A stretch of 64,000 nucleotides of DNA from Promethearchaeota archaeon. GTDB lineage: Archaea > Asgardarchaeota > Lokiarchaeia > Sigyniarchaeales > SOKP01. The DNA lies in the NCBI GenBank assembly GCA_016839555.1, contig JAEOUA010000010.1, positions 320,001 to 384,000 of the forward strand. The letters are read 5' to 3'. Shown one piece after another: positions 9,858-19,996 of the stretch; the first letter of the stretch is position 1, and each line of letters opens with the position of its first letter. The notes below the pieces were generated by a model. It had not been told where the DNA came from. It saw only the letters and a program-made list of their open reading frames with translations, and searched no databases. A program made the position numbers and the translations under genes.

Positions 9858-10454
9858 TTATATTTTTTTATTCCAATAAGATAATTTTGCTATAATGATA
9901 TCTTTTATTGGAACTGTAATAATTCGTTCATTTTTAATTTTTTTGATAATTTGAGAAATTTCATAAAGAATTTTATTTCCTCCGGTATATTCGAAAATCT
10001 CTTCTTGAAGATTATTTAAGTCTTTAATTAGGATTTTATAATCAGAAATATTATCTATTTTTCGCTCCAAATCACAAATATGATTGGAAATTAGAGTCTT
10101 TTTATTTTCTTTTTCAATTTTCTCATTATTTTTGGTATTTAAGTCGACGATTGATTCTTTATTTATATGTCGATATGTCAGGGAGCGTAATAAATGAATC
10201 TCTCTTTCTAATGAGTTTTGGTTTTCAATTATATTATTTAATTTAGGAGCTAAAGATTTAATATCAAGGATAGCCTTATCTAATTCTTTCACTGTATCTG
10301 AAAGTTTCTTCAGATTAAATGACATATTGCCCAGCTTAGTGATAATGTCCATTCCGAATCTCTCTAATATCGATGCTAATTTGTCTATTTTTTCATTAAA
10401 ATCTTGAAGCTGGTGTTCGATTTTTTCATTGCTCGTGCTATTTTTTTCCGTCAT
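9858..10454 (-). CDS. Hypothetical coiled-coil protein with C-terminal helical module
   Basis: N-terminal heptad pattern; C-terminus resembles that of the 47342..49636 protein. Confidence 0.7.
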   Translation of the reverse strand: MTEKNSTSNEKIEHQLQDFNEKIDKLASILERFGMDIITKLGNMSFNLKKLSDTVKELDKAILDIKSLAPKLNNIIENQNSLEREIHLLRSLTYRHINKESIVDLNTKNNEKIEKENKKTLISNHICDLERKIDNISDYKILIKDLNNLQEEIFEYTGGNKILYEISQIIKKIKNERIITVPIKDIIIAKLSYWNKKI

Positions 10455-10600
10455 AAAGGATCGATTTCCAATAAAGTTAGTATATAGTAAATACTTAAAA
10501 TTATTAAAAAGATTTTTTTTTGTATTATATAATAAATATATATAATTTTTGCATATAAATTCGAGTTTTAGACTTAGTTTAAGAAAATTTCATCCAAAAA

Positions 10601-11509
10601 ATGATTCAGTATATTAATATTTTTACTAAGGATTCTGGCAAGTCACTTTTATTTAGAAATTATGGTGAATCCGAGGTAGATAGAGATCTCTTAGCGGGCT
10701 TCTTATCGGCGTTCTCCGGATTCATTAAAGAGATAAGTCAATCCGATATAAAAAGCACTTCTACCGAAGAATATAAATATTATTACACAATTTTCGACGA
10801 AATTATTATTGTCGTCTGTACAGATTTAGAAGATGAAGATAGCGTAGTAAATCCAAAATTAAACACTATTAGAGCGAGATTTGTTGAAAAATATGGAAAA
10901 CTTATTAAAAATGGAAGCTGGAATGGCAACCGCAATTTATTTCTTGATTTTGAAAAAGAAATGGATAATACTATTCTTGAGGCTCTCAAAATTTCTATTA
11001 TTGGGTTAGGACAGGTGGGAAAGACCACTCTTTTGCATCTAATTTGTGGAAAGGAAATAGATTTAGAATATATACCCACTGTAACGGCAGACATTACTTC
11101 TTATAATGGTAAAGGACTAAAAACCAACAGGAAGATTGTACTTTGGGATTTTGCTGGCCAATCTCAATATCATAGCCTTTGGAATAAACTTTTAGAAGGG
11201 ACGGATATTGCACTATTGGTAACGGATTCTTCCTTCGAAAATTTAAACGCCACAAAAAAAGTTATTCAAACTATTTTAAATAGATATAACAAAGATACCT
11301 TGATAATAGGAATAGCAAATAAGCAAGATTTACCTAATGCCTTGACACCTGAATTTTGCGAGAAAATTCTCTCCGAAGAGGATCGTCTAATAAAAACTTA
11401 CGGGATGATTGCAATAAATCAAAATTACAAAGAGAAAATTTATGGGATTCTAAATAAAGCTATTGATAAATTAGAAGAAAAAAAAACAAAAAGAGAAAAA
11501 CCAGGTTAG
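10601..11509 (+). CDS. Longin domain + Arf-like small GTPase fusion
   Basis: N-terminal about 125 aa longin-like (SGKSLLFRNY...LLAGFLSAFSGFIKEI); C-terminal GLGQVGKT, PTV, WDFAGQ, NKQD. Confidence 0.85.
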   Translation: MIQYINIFTKDSGKSLLFRNYGESEVDRDLLAGFLSAFSGFIKEISQSDIKSTSTEEYKYYYTIFDEIIIVVCTDLEDEDSVVNPKLNTIRARFVEKYGKLIKNGSWNGNRNLFLDFEKEMDNTILEALKISIIGLGQVGKTTLLHLICGKEIDLEYIPTVTADITSYNGKGLKTNRKIVLWDFAGQSQYHSLWNKLLEGTDIALLVTDSSFENLNATKKVIQTILNRYNKDTLIIGIANKQDLPNALTPEFCEKILSEEDRLIKTYGMIAINQNYKEKIYGILNKAIDKLEEKKTKREKPG

Positions 11510-11604
11510 TACTTAGAATCAATCTTCAATTGTTAAAAAACTTCATTTGAGAATTTTTTTTAAATCAGTAAATCCTTTAATTTTTGATGTTTTATTTCCT
11601 ATAG

Positions 11605-13380
11605 GTGAAAAATTTGGAAAGTTCTAATAATATTACATTTGAAGTTGAGGAAATAGACTTAAAAAAAGAAGATGCAACAACCAACCTTTTAATTCTCCCA
11701 GAACTTACAGAGGTTGAAAAAGAGATTCTAGATCCCCTTATTGCACCTACCTCAGGTCTAAGAATTCAATTTTATGATATAGAAGATTCGGATGGTTCAA
11801 AAAAATACATTTTAAAAAAGAGAACATTATATCTATATCTTCGTTTTTTCAAGGCAATAAGTAATAAATTTAAAGAAATAACTTACGAAGAGAATCCAAA
11901 AATTTTAATTTTTACAGATGATCGGCCAAGCAAAGATATTCTATTAACCTATTCATCACAAATTTTTGCTTATGATGGATATCAAATTATTTTGCAAGAA
12001 GATGAAAAGCAAAAATCACGTGTTTCTTCCCCCTATGGGGCAGCTTCAATTGCTCTATATGATGATGTTGATTTGGCTATTATAATTACTGCAAGCCATA
12101 ATGAATTAACGTGGAATGGTATTAAATTTTATATTAAATATCCAATTCCAATCTCTGGCAAAATTTTTAAGGATATCTCAACTATCGCCTTAAACCTTAA
12201 TGAAATCAAATTTAAAACCGACTTTTTTCCAGAAATACGAAATGTAATACAAAAAAATAATGATTATATTATAGAACTTCTATCTAAAATCATTGAAATT
12301 CATAGTTTAAAGGGTAAGGATTTAATAGTATGGCCCTATTTAGGAAAAGCGAGAGGAATTATAGAGCTTTTTGAAAGATTGGGGGCGAAAGTACATTTAA
12401 TAGATGAGCCAATCGATCCTCCTAACCCGATTATAATTGTAAAAGAAGAAAAATTACAAGAAGTAATGAATATTTACAATTCTAATATTGCTCTCTTACT
12501 TGATGCCGATAGGGATAGAATTGCTCTTTATGTAAGAGAAAATGGAAAATTTTCTTATTATATTCCTAATGAGATTTATTCTGCTATGCATAATATTTTG
12601 GCAAAAGAATATAACAAAAATGTGTTAAATGTAAGAACAATTCCGTCAGATCTGCGTGCTGATGAAGCCAGTTTTTTAAATGTTCTCACAGGAGTGGGAT
12701 ATAAACATTTAGGGATTATCCTCTATTTTCTTTTAGATATAGATGTAGAGCAATCTAAGATTGAAACTGGGATATTATATATGAAAGAAGAGGATGGAAA
12801 ATTAACTCAAATTAAAACACCTTTACCCTTAAAACAAAAAATCATTAATGAAATGAAAAAAAGGAACCTCAAAAATATAAGTTTAATATTTGTAATGTGG
12901 GAGGAGTCTGGCGGACACACCGTTACTTTAATAAATGTTAATAAAGATGAAGAATCTGGAGATTATAAATTTAATACAGAACTCCCTGTAATTGCAGATA
13001 AATATCCCGTTCCAGCCTTAGTCATTATAACTGAATTACTTTATCGCGGACATATAATTTCAGAATCAATTGATTGGTCAATAAAAGGGATTAATCAAAC
13101 CATTGAAGCAACAGATAAAGAAAAAGTAAGGATTATGAAAAATTTTCAAGCAGAAGATGGAAAAGAGATTGAAATAGGAGAAAAAAAATATCATATTACT
13201 GGTCTATATAATAACCGAGGAAAAATCAAAATTTACCAATTGAAATCGAGTGATTCGACACTGTATTTTCGTCCTTCTGGCACCGGACCATCAATTAGAT
13301 TCTATATTTTTGGAGATAGAGATACATATTTAGAAGAAATAAAAAGAGTAAAAAAATATGTTAAAAAAGAATATATTTAA
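11605..13380 (+). CDS. Phosphoglucomutase/phosphomannomutase family protein
   Basis: TASHN phosphoserine loop, DADRDR metal loop, EESGG, RPSGT; GTG start. Confidence 0.85.
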   Translation: MKNLESSNNITFEVEEIDLKKEDATTNLLILPELTEVEKEILDPLIAPTSGLRIQFYDIEDSDGSKKYILKKRTLYLYLRFFKAISNKFKEITYEENPKILIFTDDRPSKDILLTYSSQIFAYDGYQIILQEDEKQKSRVSSPYGAASIALYDDVDLAIIITASHNELTWNGIKFYIKYPIPISGKIFKDISTIALNLNEIKFKTDFFPEIRNVIQKNNDYIIELLSKIIEIHSLKGKDLIVWPYLGKARGIIELFERLGAKVHLIDEPIDPPNPIIIVKEEKLQEVMNIYNSNIALLLDADRDRIALYVRENGKFSYYIPNEIYSAMHNILAKEYNKNVLNVRTIPSDLRADEASFLNVLTGVGYKHLGIILYFLLDIDVEQSKIETGILYMKEEDGKLTQIKTPLPLKQKIINEMKKRNLKNISLIFVMWEESGGHTVTLINVNKDEESGDYKFNTELPVIADKYPVPALVIITELLYRGHIISESIDWSIKGINQTIEATDKEKVRIMKNFQAEDGKEIEIGEKKYHITGLYNNRGKIKIYQLKSSDSTLYFRPSGTGPSIRFYIFGDRDTYLEEIKRVKKYVKKEYI

Positions 13381-13512
13381 AAGAGAGAAACCTCATAAAT
13401 TCAAAATTTAAACCTAAGATTATTTTACCATCTTTTTTTATTTATTTCTTATTTATATACTTATTAGTCTTTTCAAAGATAATTTAAAAATATAAAAAAT
13501 AGAGAAATAAAA

Positions 13513-14769
13513 ATGCAAGAAAAGATAATTAGGGATAAGATTCTTGAATACATGACATTAGAAAATGTGTTTAAAATTGTAAATGATAATATTTTTCCGC
13601 TGTTAAATGAAGAAGAAAAAGATTTTTGTCATGAACTTCAAGAATTTTGTATCGAACTTCATCCAAAAATAGACAAAAACAAAGATGTATATGTGCTCTT
13701 TCCTGAATTAGGAAAGCGTGGATATATACAAAGAATTAATCTTTGGCGCGATTTTAAGCCATATGGAATGAAAGCAGAAGTATTATTAGCCACTCATTTA
13801 AGTTGCCTTGATAGTCAATTAGAGTTAGCCAGGTTAGCCAGCGGGATTTTATGTGGTAATCCAACCTTTCAACATGGAGAGACAGAAGAGATTTTCAAAG
13901 TTCAAAATGAATTGATGGAAGGAAAGAAAATTGGTTGCATAGGAATTACTGAACGAGATAGAGGTTCTGATGCAGTAAATATACTTTCAACTTGTAGGAA
14001 ATCTGAAGATAAAAGTCATGTGATCTATAATGCAGAAAAGATTTTTACCACAAACGGTCCAAAAGCAGATTATTTCGCTACTTATGCTGTTTATAATACC
14101 GCAAATCCAAGGGGAACGATGGTTCAAGCAATGGTTTCACGTGATTTCAAAGGTGAACTTATTACAAACCGGTTAAAAATACCTTATGTACCTCGTGTAC
14201 ATATTGCACATACTATTATGAATGAAGTCGAAATTCCCATAGAATATATTCTTGGTGATAATGGAAAAGGATATACGAATTTATTTGACGGCCTTGTTCC
14301 TGAAAGATTGGGAATTATGGGTTCTGGTTTGGGAATTTGTTGGGCTACCCTAGCTTATGCGATTATATATTCAAATCTGAGAGAACAATTTGGGCGTAAG
14401 ATTATAGATTTCCAAGGGGTCGGCTTTTCTTTAGCTGATTTGTTGGCTCGAACTTCAGCAGCAACGACTCTAGCATTTCAAGCAGCATCCGAATATGATA
14501 AAAACATTCTCTTTGCGGAACATCCGAGTAAAGAAGCTGAAAAGTGGATTGCTGGAATTAGTTCTCAAGGAAAATACTTGGTTTCAAACCTCAGTGCCGA
14601 TCTTACTTATACAGTACAACAACAAATGGGAGGAATTTCAGTTACAGATAATACTGATGTGCAAGAACTCTCATCTACCTCATACATAGAGGAGGTAATT
14701 GGCGGTGCAAGAAACATTCAGCTTCTGATTATTCAAAATGCTTTAAGAAGAATAGGAAAGATTTTATAA
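13513..14769 (+). CDS. Acyl-CoA dehydrogenase (divergent)
   Basis: ITERDRGSDA, KIFTTNG, REQFGRKIIDFQGV. Confidence 0.85.
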   Translation: MQEKIIRDKILEYMTLENVFKIVNDNIFPLLNEEEKDFCHELQEFCIELHPKIDKNKDVYVLFPELGKRGYIQRINLWRDFKPYGMKAEVLLATHLSCLDSQLELARLASGILCGNPTFQHGETEEIFKVQNELMEGKKIGCIGITERDRGSDAVNILSTCRKSEDKSHVIYNAEKIFTTNGPKADYFATYAVYNTANPRGTMVQAMVSRDFKGELITNRLKIPYVPRVHIAHTIMNEVEIPIEYILGDNGKGYTNLFDGLVPERLGIMGSGLGICWATLAYAIIYSNLREQFGRKIIDFQGVGFSLADLLARTSAATTLAFQAASEYDKNILFAEHPSKEAEKWIAGISSQGKYLVSNLSADLTYTVQQQMGGISVTDNTDVQELSSTSYIEEVIGGARNIQLLIIQNALRRIGKIL

Positions 14770-14790
14770 AAAAATAAAGGTGAGAAAAAA

Positions 14791-15135
14791 ATGTCGAAAG
14801 AAAAAAAAGAAGGAATTGGTCTACCAGAAGTTAAATACATTGCCTCTGTCGGAAAATGCCCTAACTGCGGGTCTACCAGTGTAAGATTTAAACTTCCATT
14901 GGAATGTTATTTAGAAACAAAAGATTTAAAATTAGAGAAAGTTGTCCTTGATTTCTCTAATCCTCATTATTGGTTAAAGACCACTACAACACACTGTGCA
15001 GAATGTGGCTATGAGTTTCATTTAAGAGATAATGTAGATGATTTCTATAAAGGACTTCAAGAAATGAGGGAAAAAGAGGGAGACATGCCTAATAAATGGT
15101 ATTACCAATTCGATGAGTATAAGATAGAAGATTAA
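14791..15135 (+). CDS. Small zinc-ribbon protein
   Basis: CPNC...CAEC; GGTGA ribosome-binding motif upstream; directly follows the ACAD gene on the same strand. Confidence 0.7.
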   Translation: MSKEKKEGIGLPEVKYIASVGKCPNCGSTSVRFKLPLECYLETKDLKLEKVVLDFSNPHYWLKTTTTHCAECGYEFHLRDNVDDFYKGLQEMREKEGDMPNKWYYQFDEYKIED

Positions 15136-15258
15136 AAACTATATCTTTTATTTTCTTATTTTTTTGTTTGAAAATTTTAATTATTTGAGAAATTTATATC
15201 CTCATCATTATTACATGATGAAAAATAGAAAAAACATTAAAACATAGAAGATTTATTA

Positions 15259-16113
15259 TTATTTCTTCATTTTAACTGGAATATCCTCTTTTAATAGTTC
15301 ATTTAATCCATAACCAGAATTCACCAACTCATAAATTTCAGTAAGAAATCTTGTCATATTGCCTCCTTGAACGATATCATGGTCAAGAGTTATTGTTACA
15401 TTTAATACATCTCTTTCAACAATTTCTCCATTTTCGATTTTTAATTTTCTATCTAAACATCCTAAGGCAAATTGGAGAGGCCATGGTTGTATTGGAATTG
15501 GTGTTCCTATTGTTCTTATGTTTTTTGTTAACATCCCTACGGCAGTAACACACATTGTTCCAATCCTCTTTTTCATTAAATTAGGTTTTTTTAACATTCT
15601 TTTAAATACTATTTTTCTTATAAATCTGGGGAAAGAGCTAAACATTGTTTGTAGCTTTTTTCTTTTCGATCCTTTTCTCACCAATCCTTCTATAGGTTCT
15701 GATTGTACTTCTCGGATTTCATTATGAATCTCAAGAATGGATTTACGGTTAGCATAACGAATAATATGGCTTGTTGGAACTTTTTCACCATTTTCTAATT
15801 CTCTTTCAATTATAATATGCACATCTATATCATTAAAAATGTACTTTTTAAGACCCACTCTAAGAGCATGAACGTCCTTATGTTTCTCGATAACTCGAGA
15901 GATAACAAAAATCAAATAACCAGTCAATGAGATTTTTTCACCATGAATCTCTGCGTACTTTTCAATTGCTTTTAATACATAATCTATTTCAACTTGGGCA
16001 ATCACATGAATATGATGTTGTTTTAAACTCACATCCAACATATCAAAAATTAATCGATGAGATTTTGGAATCCTTTTCACTATATAATCTTCATTTTTTT
16101 GAAGTTTTTTCAT
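15259..16113 (-). CDS. 2-oxoacid dehydrogenase E2-type acyltransferase, catalytic domain only
   Basis: DHDIVQG catalytic His motif; no lipoyl or E3-binding domain. Confidence 0.8.
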   Translation of the reverse strand: MKKLQKNEDYIVKRIPKSHRLIFDMLDVSLKQHHIHVIAQVEIDYVLKAIEKYAEIHGEKISLTGYLIFVISRVIEKHKDVHALRVGLKKYIFNDIDVHIIIERELENGEKVPTSHIIRYANRKSILEIHNEIREVQSEPIEGLVRKGSKRKKLQTMFSSFPRFIRKIVFKRMLKKPNLMKKRIGTMCVTAVGMLTKNIRTIGTPIPIQPWPLQFALGCLDRKLKIENGEIVERDVLNVTITLDHDIVQGGNMTRFLTEIYELVNSGYGLNELLKEDIPVKMKK

Positions 16114-16375
16114 TTTTGTTTTATAAAAGCTTTTTATTTGTTCTATTAAAACTTTAAATTATTAAAACTTTAAAGCTTTCTTAAAAAATTAAATATATAT
16201 TCAATATTATTGCTTATATTCATTAAAATTTATATTATTGTAAGCAATATAAAAATTATTTTAATTTAATAAAATTCCACATAAAGCACAAGTTATTACT
16301 CTTTTTTCTCTGATACAAGAAAAATACTTTTATTTTAATCCTAATAAGAAATAAATTAAATTTTTTCCCGCTATA

Positions 16376-17125
16376 TTATAAATAATTTTCCAATGAGGAT
16401 TTATTAGAATTTTTATCTTTTTTCTTGTTTCCTATTATTAAATCCTTATTCTCCTCTAAGAATTTCCAACTAAATCCTTTTAGCGAATCCAATGGGCCTT
16501 TAATGCCTTTAGGATTACCTGAACTTGTATAAAGGATTTTAGTAAATTTAATAGCTTCAAAAACCTTAAAAGGGGTCTCAAATTTTTCAATCAATTGTTC
16601 AGCTTTTCTGGGGCCAACATTTAATAACCCTTCAAGAATAAAGCATCTTCTCTGAAAAATATCCATATTTTTAGGCGCTGTTCTACTTAATACCGGCATT
16701 TCATCTTTAATTTGCTCGCGATATGCCACTCTTTCCACGACAATTGCAGTATCTTCTATATTACGAGTGGGGATTACGGCAATTTCTAATTTATAAGAAA
16801 TAAACGCTAAAGCTCCATATATCGATTTAATATTCATTCCGGTATTTTCAAACACATCATCCTTTAATCCCTCTAATATTAGAATTGGTTTGGGATAGGT
16901 TTCTTTCATCCTAAGCAATTGTTCAAAAAGGCGATTATCCATTAAGGAGGTGATAAAATCAGAACCTTCTTTTCTTTCAATTGCCACATTTTTTGAGACA
17001 ATAATATCTCCTATATCTAACTGTTCCATATCGTATTCTATTAATTTATGATTTTTATCAATAATTTTCATTAATTTCTGTTCGCGATTATCCAAAATTA
17101 TATATAATTTTTCGTCTTTATTCAT
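16376..17125 (-). CDS. xpf: Short XPF/ERCC4 structure-specific nuclease with HhH and PIP-box-like tail
   Basis: DNRE, GD, ERK nuclease motifs; NVGPRKA HhH; C-terminal KSSLENYL. Confidence 0.85.
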   Translation of the reverse strand: MNKDEKLYIILDNREQKLMKIIDKNHKLIEYDMEQLDIGDIIVSKNVAIERKEGSDFITSLMDNRLFEQLLRMKETYPKPILILEGLKDDVFENTGMNIKSIYGALAFISYKLEIAVIPTRNIEDTAIVVERVAYREQIKDEMPVLSRTAPKNMDIFQRRCFILEGLLNVGPRKAEQLIEKFETPFKVFEAIKFTKILYTSSGNPKGIKGPLDSLKGFSWKFLEENKDLIIGNKKKDKNSNKSSLENYL

Positions 17126-17228
17126 AATGAAACAGCTCTTCTTATATTTTCTAAATATTCTTTATTAAATCTATATTCAATAATTTTTATTGCTTAATAT
17201 ATTTTAAAAAAAATAAAAAAAATTAAGT

Positions 17229-17756
17229 CTAAGATACAATTAAATAGCTCCAAACTGCTTTAAATGTATATAATTTATTATTTAGAATAATAAAAATAAA
17301 ACTAATTAATCCAAAAATTTCTGTGGAAAGATAAAAGGGATTTGTAAATATTCTTTTCAACCATAGAAGCAATTCATCTCCTGTTGGAACAAATTCATAT
17401 TCCATAAACGGAAAAAATAATGGAATAGAAGGTAAATCCAATAAAAGATGAATAGATGTTCCAATAAGAAAAGAGATTGGAATTGAATAAATATTGTTAA
17501 TTTTATTAGATAATTTGGTATAGAATAATAATTTATTAATAACTAATACAAAAAGAAAACTTGTAAATAGAAAAAATAAAGTATGGCAAATATATCTTCC
17601 ATCTCCTAATCGAAATATAAACAGAAGTGCTTTATCTATAATATCAGGTAATATAGCCCCAATAATTAAGGCACATCTATTTATTTTAACTCTTTTTTTT
17701 ATATAAGGTATCTCAAATATAATTAAAGGAAAAGCAATATGAAATAATGGAAACAT
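17229..17756 (-). CDS. Membrane metal-dependent hydrolase (YdjM-like), paralog 1
   Basis: H...LPDIIDK...HT...HLLLD. Confidence 0.75.
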   Translation of the reverse strand: MFPLFHIAFPLIIFEIPYIKKRVKINRCALIIGAILPDIIDKALLFIFRLGDGRYICHTLFFLFTSFLFVLVINKLLFYTKLSNKINNIYSIPISFLIGTSIHLLLDLPSIPLFFPFMEYEFVPTGDELLLWLKRIFTNPFYLSTEIFGLISFIFIILNNKLYTFKAVWSYLIVS

Positions 17757-17817
17757 GCTATTTTAAAAATATAATTATATAGATTAATTAATAAATCACA
17801 ATAAAAGAATATATTGG

Positions 17818-18357
17818 CTATTGAGTCTTACTAAAATACTGCCACATTTTTTTCAGACTATATAATTTATTATTAATTATTATAAATACTAACAATATTA
17901 AACCTATAATTTCCGTTGAGATTAAGATTGGATTAGATAAAAACTCGGTGATCCAACTGTTTACAGCAGCTCCAAAATAGGGAAAATAATAATAAACATG
18001 ATATTCAATAAAAGGATAAAATAATGGAATGTTGGGCAAATCTAATAAAAGATGAATAAATGTTCCTATAAAAAATGAAATGGCAATAGAATAGCTATTT
18101 TTAATTTTTTCAGAGAATCTGGTCAATAATAAAGCTTTATTAACTAAAAATATTAATAGAACACTGATAACAAGGAAAAAAAGGCTATGAGAAATAAATC
18201 TTCCATCCCCAACGCTAAAAAATAAAAATATTTTATCAATAATATCGGGTAGTAATGAAGCAATCAAAATAGTAAGTCTATTTACTTCAAATCGATTTTT
18301 AAGATAGGGAATTTCAAAAATGATCAAGGGGATTGCCATATGAAATAAAAAAAGCAT
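17818..18357 (-). CDS. Membrane metal-dependent hydrolase (YdjM-like), paralog 2
   Basis: H...LPDIIDK...HS...HLLLD; colinear with paralog 1. Confidence 0.75.
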   Translation of the reverse strand: MLFLFHMAIPLIIFEIPYLKNRFEVNRLTILIASLLPDIIDKIFLFFSVGDGRFISHSLFFLVISVLLIFLVNKALLLTRFSEKIKNSYSIAISFFIGTFIHLLLDLPNIPLFYPFIEYHVYYYFPYFGAAVNSWITEFLSNPILISTEIIGLILLVFIIINNKLYSLKKMWQYFSKTQ

Positions 18358-18372
18358 TTAAAACACCGTTTT

Positions 18373-18531
18373 TTAAAATCCATAAATATTTAGGATAAAA
18401 TTTACTATCTCTTTCCAAAAAAAGATGATAACAAAAATTATTGCAACTTGAATCGATATAGAGAGAGAACGTTTAATTAAATAACTATAGGGAATTAATT
18501 GACGAGGAGATTTGATTTTTGATTTACTCAT
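18373..18531 (-). CDS. Small single-TM protein (52 aa)
   Basis: Manual translation MSKSKIKSPRQLIPYSYLIKRSLSISIQVAIIFVIIFFWKEIVNFILNIYGF*; ends 15 nt before the next same-strand start. Confidence 0.55.
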   Translation of the reverse strand: MSKSKIKSPRQLIPYSYLIKRSLSISIQVAIIFVIIFFWKEIVNFILNIYGF

Positions 18532-18709
18532 TTTTATGGGATTTATTTAATCATATCTTAATTATTTTATAATTATAATAGAATTTTTTGAAATTTATAT
18601 TTCTTGCTTACCATAATTAGTTAAGGTTTCGACATTAATAATTTATTTTAATCCTTTGTATGGATTTTTTTTTAAAACTTTTATTGAGATAATACATTTC
18701 TATAAATTA

Positions 18710-19288
18710 ATGGTTAATTGGAACCAATGGTTTTATAAAAAGGCGCCCAAAATATTTAAAGAATGCGGTATAAAACCCGGAGATATCGTAATAGATTTTG
18801 GCGCTGGAGAGGGCGACTATACAATCCCTATCGCAACTATTATTAAGCAAGAAAATGTTCAAGGAAAAGTAATTGCAATTGATAAGGATGAATATGATTT
18901 GAATAGGTTAAAAAATAAAGCTCGAGAGCTAGATTTAATGAATAATATAGAAATTATTCATAATGATGGGGGACTTACTATAAATAAGCGGGAAAATTTT
19001 GCAGATGCTGTTTTGGTATTCGACGTTCTCCATTTTTTTACAAAAAATGAAAGAAATAAATTATACAAAGAAATTCATAGAGTCTTAGTCCCAGAAGGTT
19101 TACTTATCACTTTTCCTAATCATTATAGAGACTTGTATCCACTATGGAATCTGCGGGAAATGTCTTTAAATGATATTATTGAAGAAATTGAAGCTCATAA
19201 CTTTCAATTAAATTATCAATGGAATGGAGAATTAATTCATGATCATGGATGGTACAATGGTATTGTTCTTTCATTTAAAAAATTATAA
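18710..19288 (+). CDS. Class I SAM-dependent methyltransferase
   Basis: VIDFGAGEG motif I; ATG at 18710 preferred over the track's TTG at 18656. Confidence 0.85.
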   Translation: MVNWNQWFYKKAPKIFKECGIKPGDIVIDFGAGEGDYTIPIATIIKQENVQGKVIAIDKDEYDLNRLKNKARELDLMNNIEIIHNDGGLTINKRENFADAVLVFDVLHFFTKNERNKLYKEIHRVLVPEGLLITFPNHYRDLYPLWNLREMSLNDIIEEIEAHNFQLNYQWNGELIHDHGWYNGIVLSFKKL

Positions 19289-19342
19289 GAAATTAGAGAT
19301 ATATTAATTCAGCTGGATTTTAAATTTGAGTGGTTTATAGGG

Positions 19343-19879
19343 TTAAAATTGGCAATTATTCAAGAATATCTCAGCGTCTGCTTTAGAAAAAAATATTAAA
19401 CGAACCTTTTCGATTTTGGGAAAAATATTTAATGATTCTTTTAGAATATTTGAAACTACTTTAGCTGCTTGATATTTTGGAAATGTATAAATTCCTGTTG
19501 AGATAGCGGGAAAAGCAATTGTTTTACAATCATTTTCGACAGCTACTTTTAAGCTATTTTTATAACAATTAGCTAATTCTTCATTAGGATCAGAAGATTG
19601 ACCATAAATAGGTCCTACTGTATGAATTATTTTGGGTTCTAAACGACCTCCAGAGGTAATTACAGCTTTGCCTGTTGGTAATCCCTCTGTGTATTGTTCT
19701 TTTCTAATTTTTTTACATTCTTCCTTGATCGCGGGACCTCCAGCCCTATGGATAGCTCCATCGACACCTCCCCCACCCATTAAGGATGAATTTGCAGCAT
19801 TAACAATGGCGTCCACCGATTCTTTAGTAATATCACCTACAGTAACTTCTATCTTTCCATTTAAAAATTTTTTCATCAT
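19343..19879 (-). CDS. ymdB: Macrodomain O-acetyl-ADP-ribose deacetylase (YmdB/MacroD)
   Basis: GDIT, NAANSSLMGGGGVDGAIH, FPAISTGIY. Confidence 0.92.
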   Translation of the reverse strand: MMKKFLNGKIEVTVGDITKESVDAIVNAANSSLMGGGGVDGAIHRAGGPAIKEECKKIRKEQYTEGLPTGKAVITSGGRLEPKIIHTVGPIYGQSSDPNEELANCYKNSLKVAVENDCKTIAFPAISTGIYTFPKYQAAKVVSNILKESLNIFPKIEKVRLIFFSKADAEIFLNNCQF

Positions 19880-19996
19880 TTTAATTCCTTATTAAAATTT
19901 GTTTTTATTATTTACTCTGCTTAATGAATATTATAAATAAATCATCAAGTACTTATAGAAATAATTAAGGAAAGTTATCTTTTGATTCAAGCGTAT

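Noticed and set aside
16208-16249. TATTGCTTA...TAAGCAATA inverted repeat
   Set aside because: Short and AT-rich, so plausible by chance.
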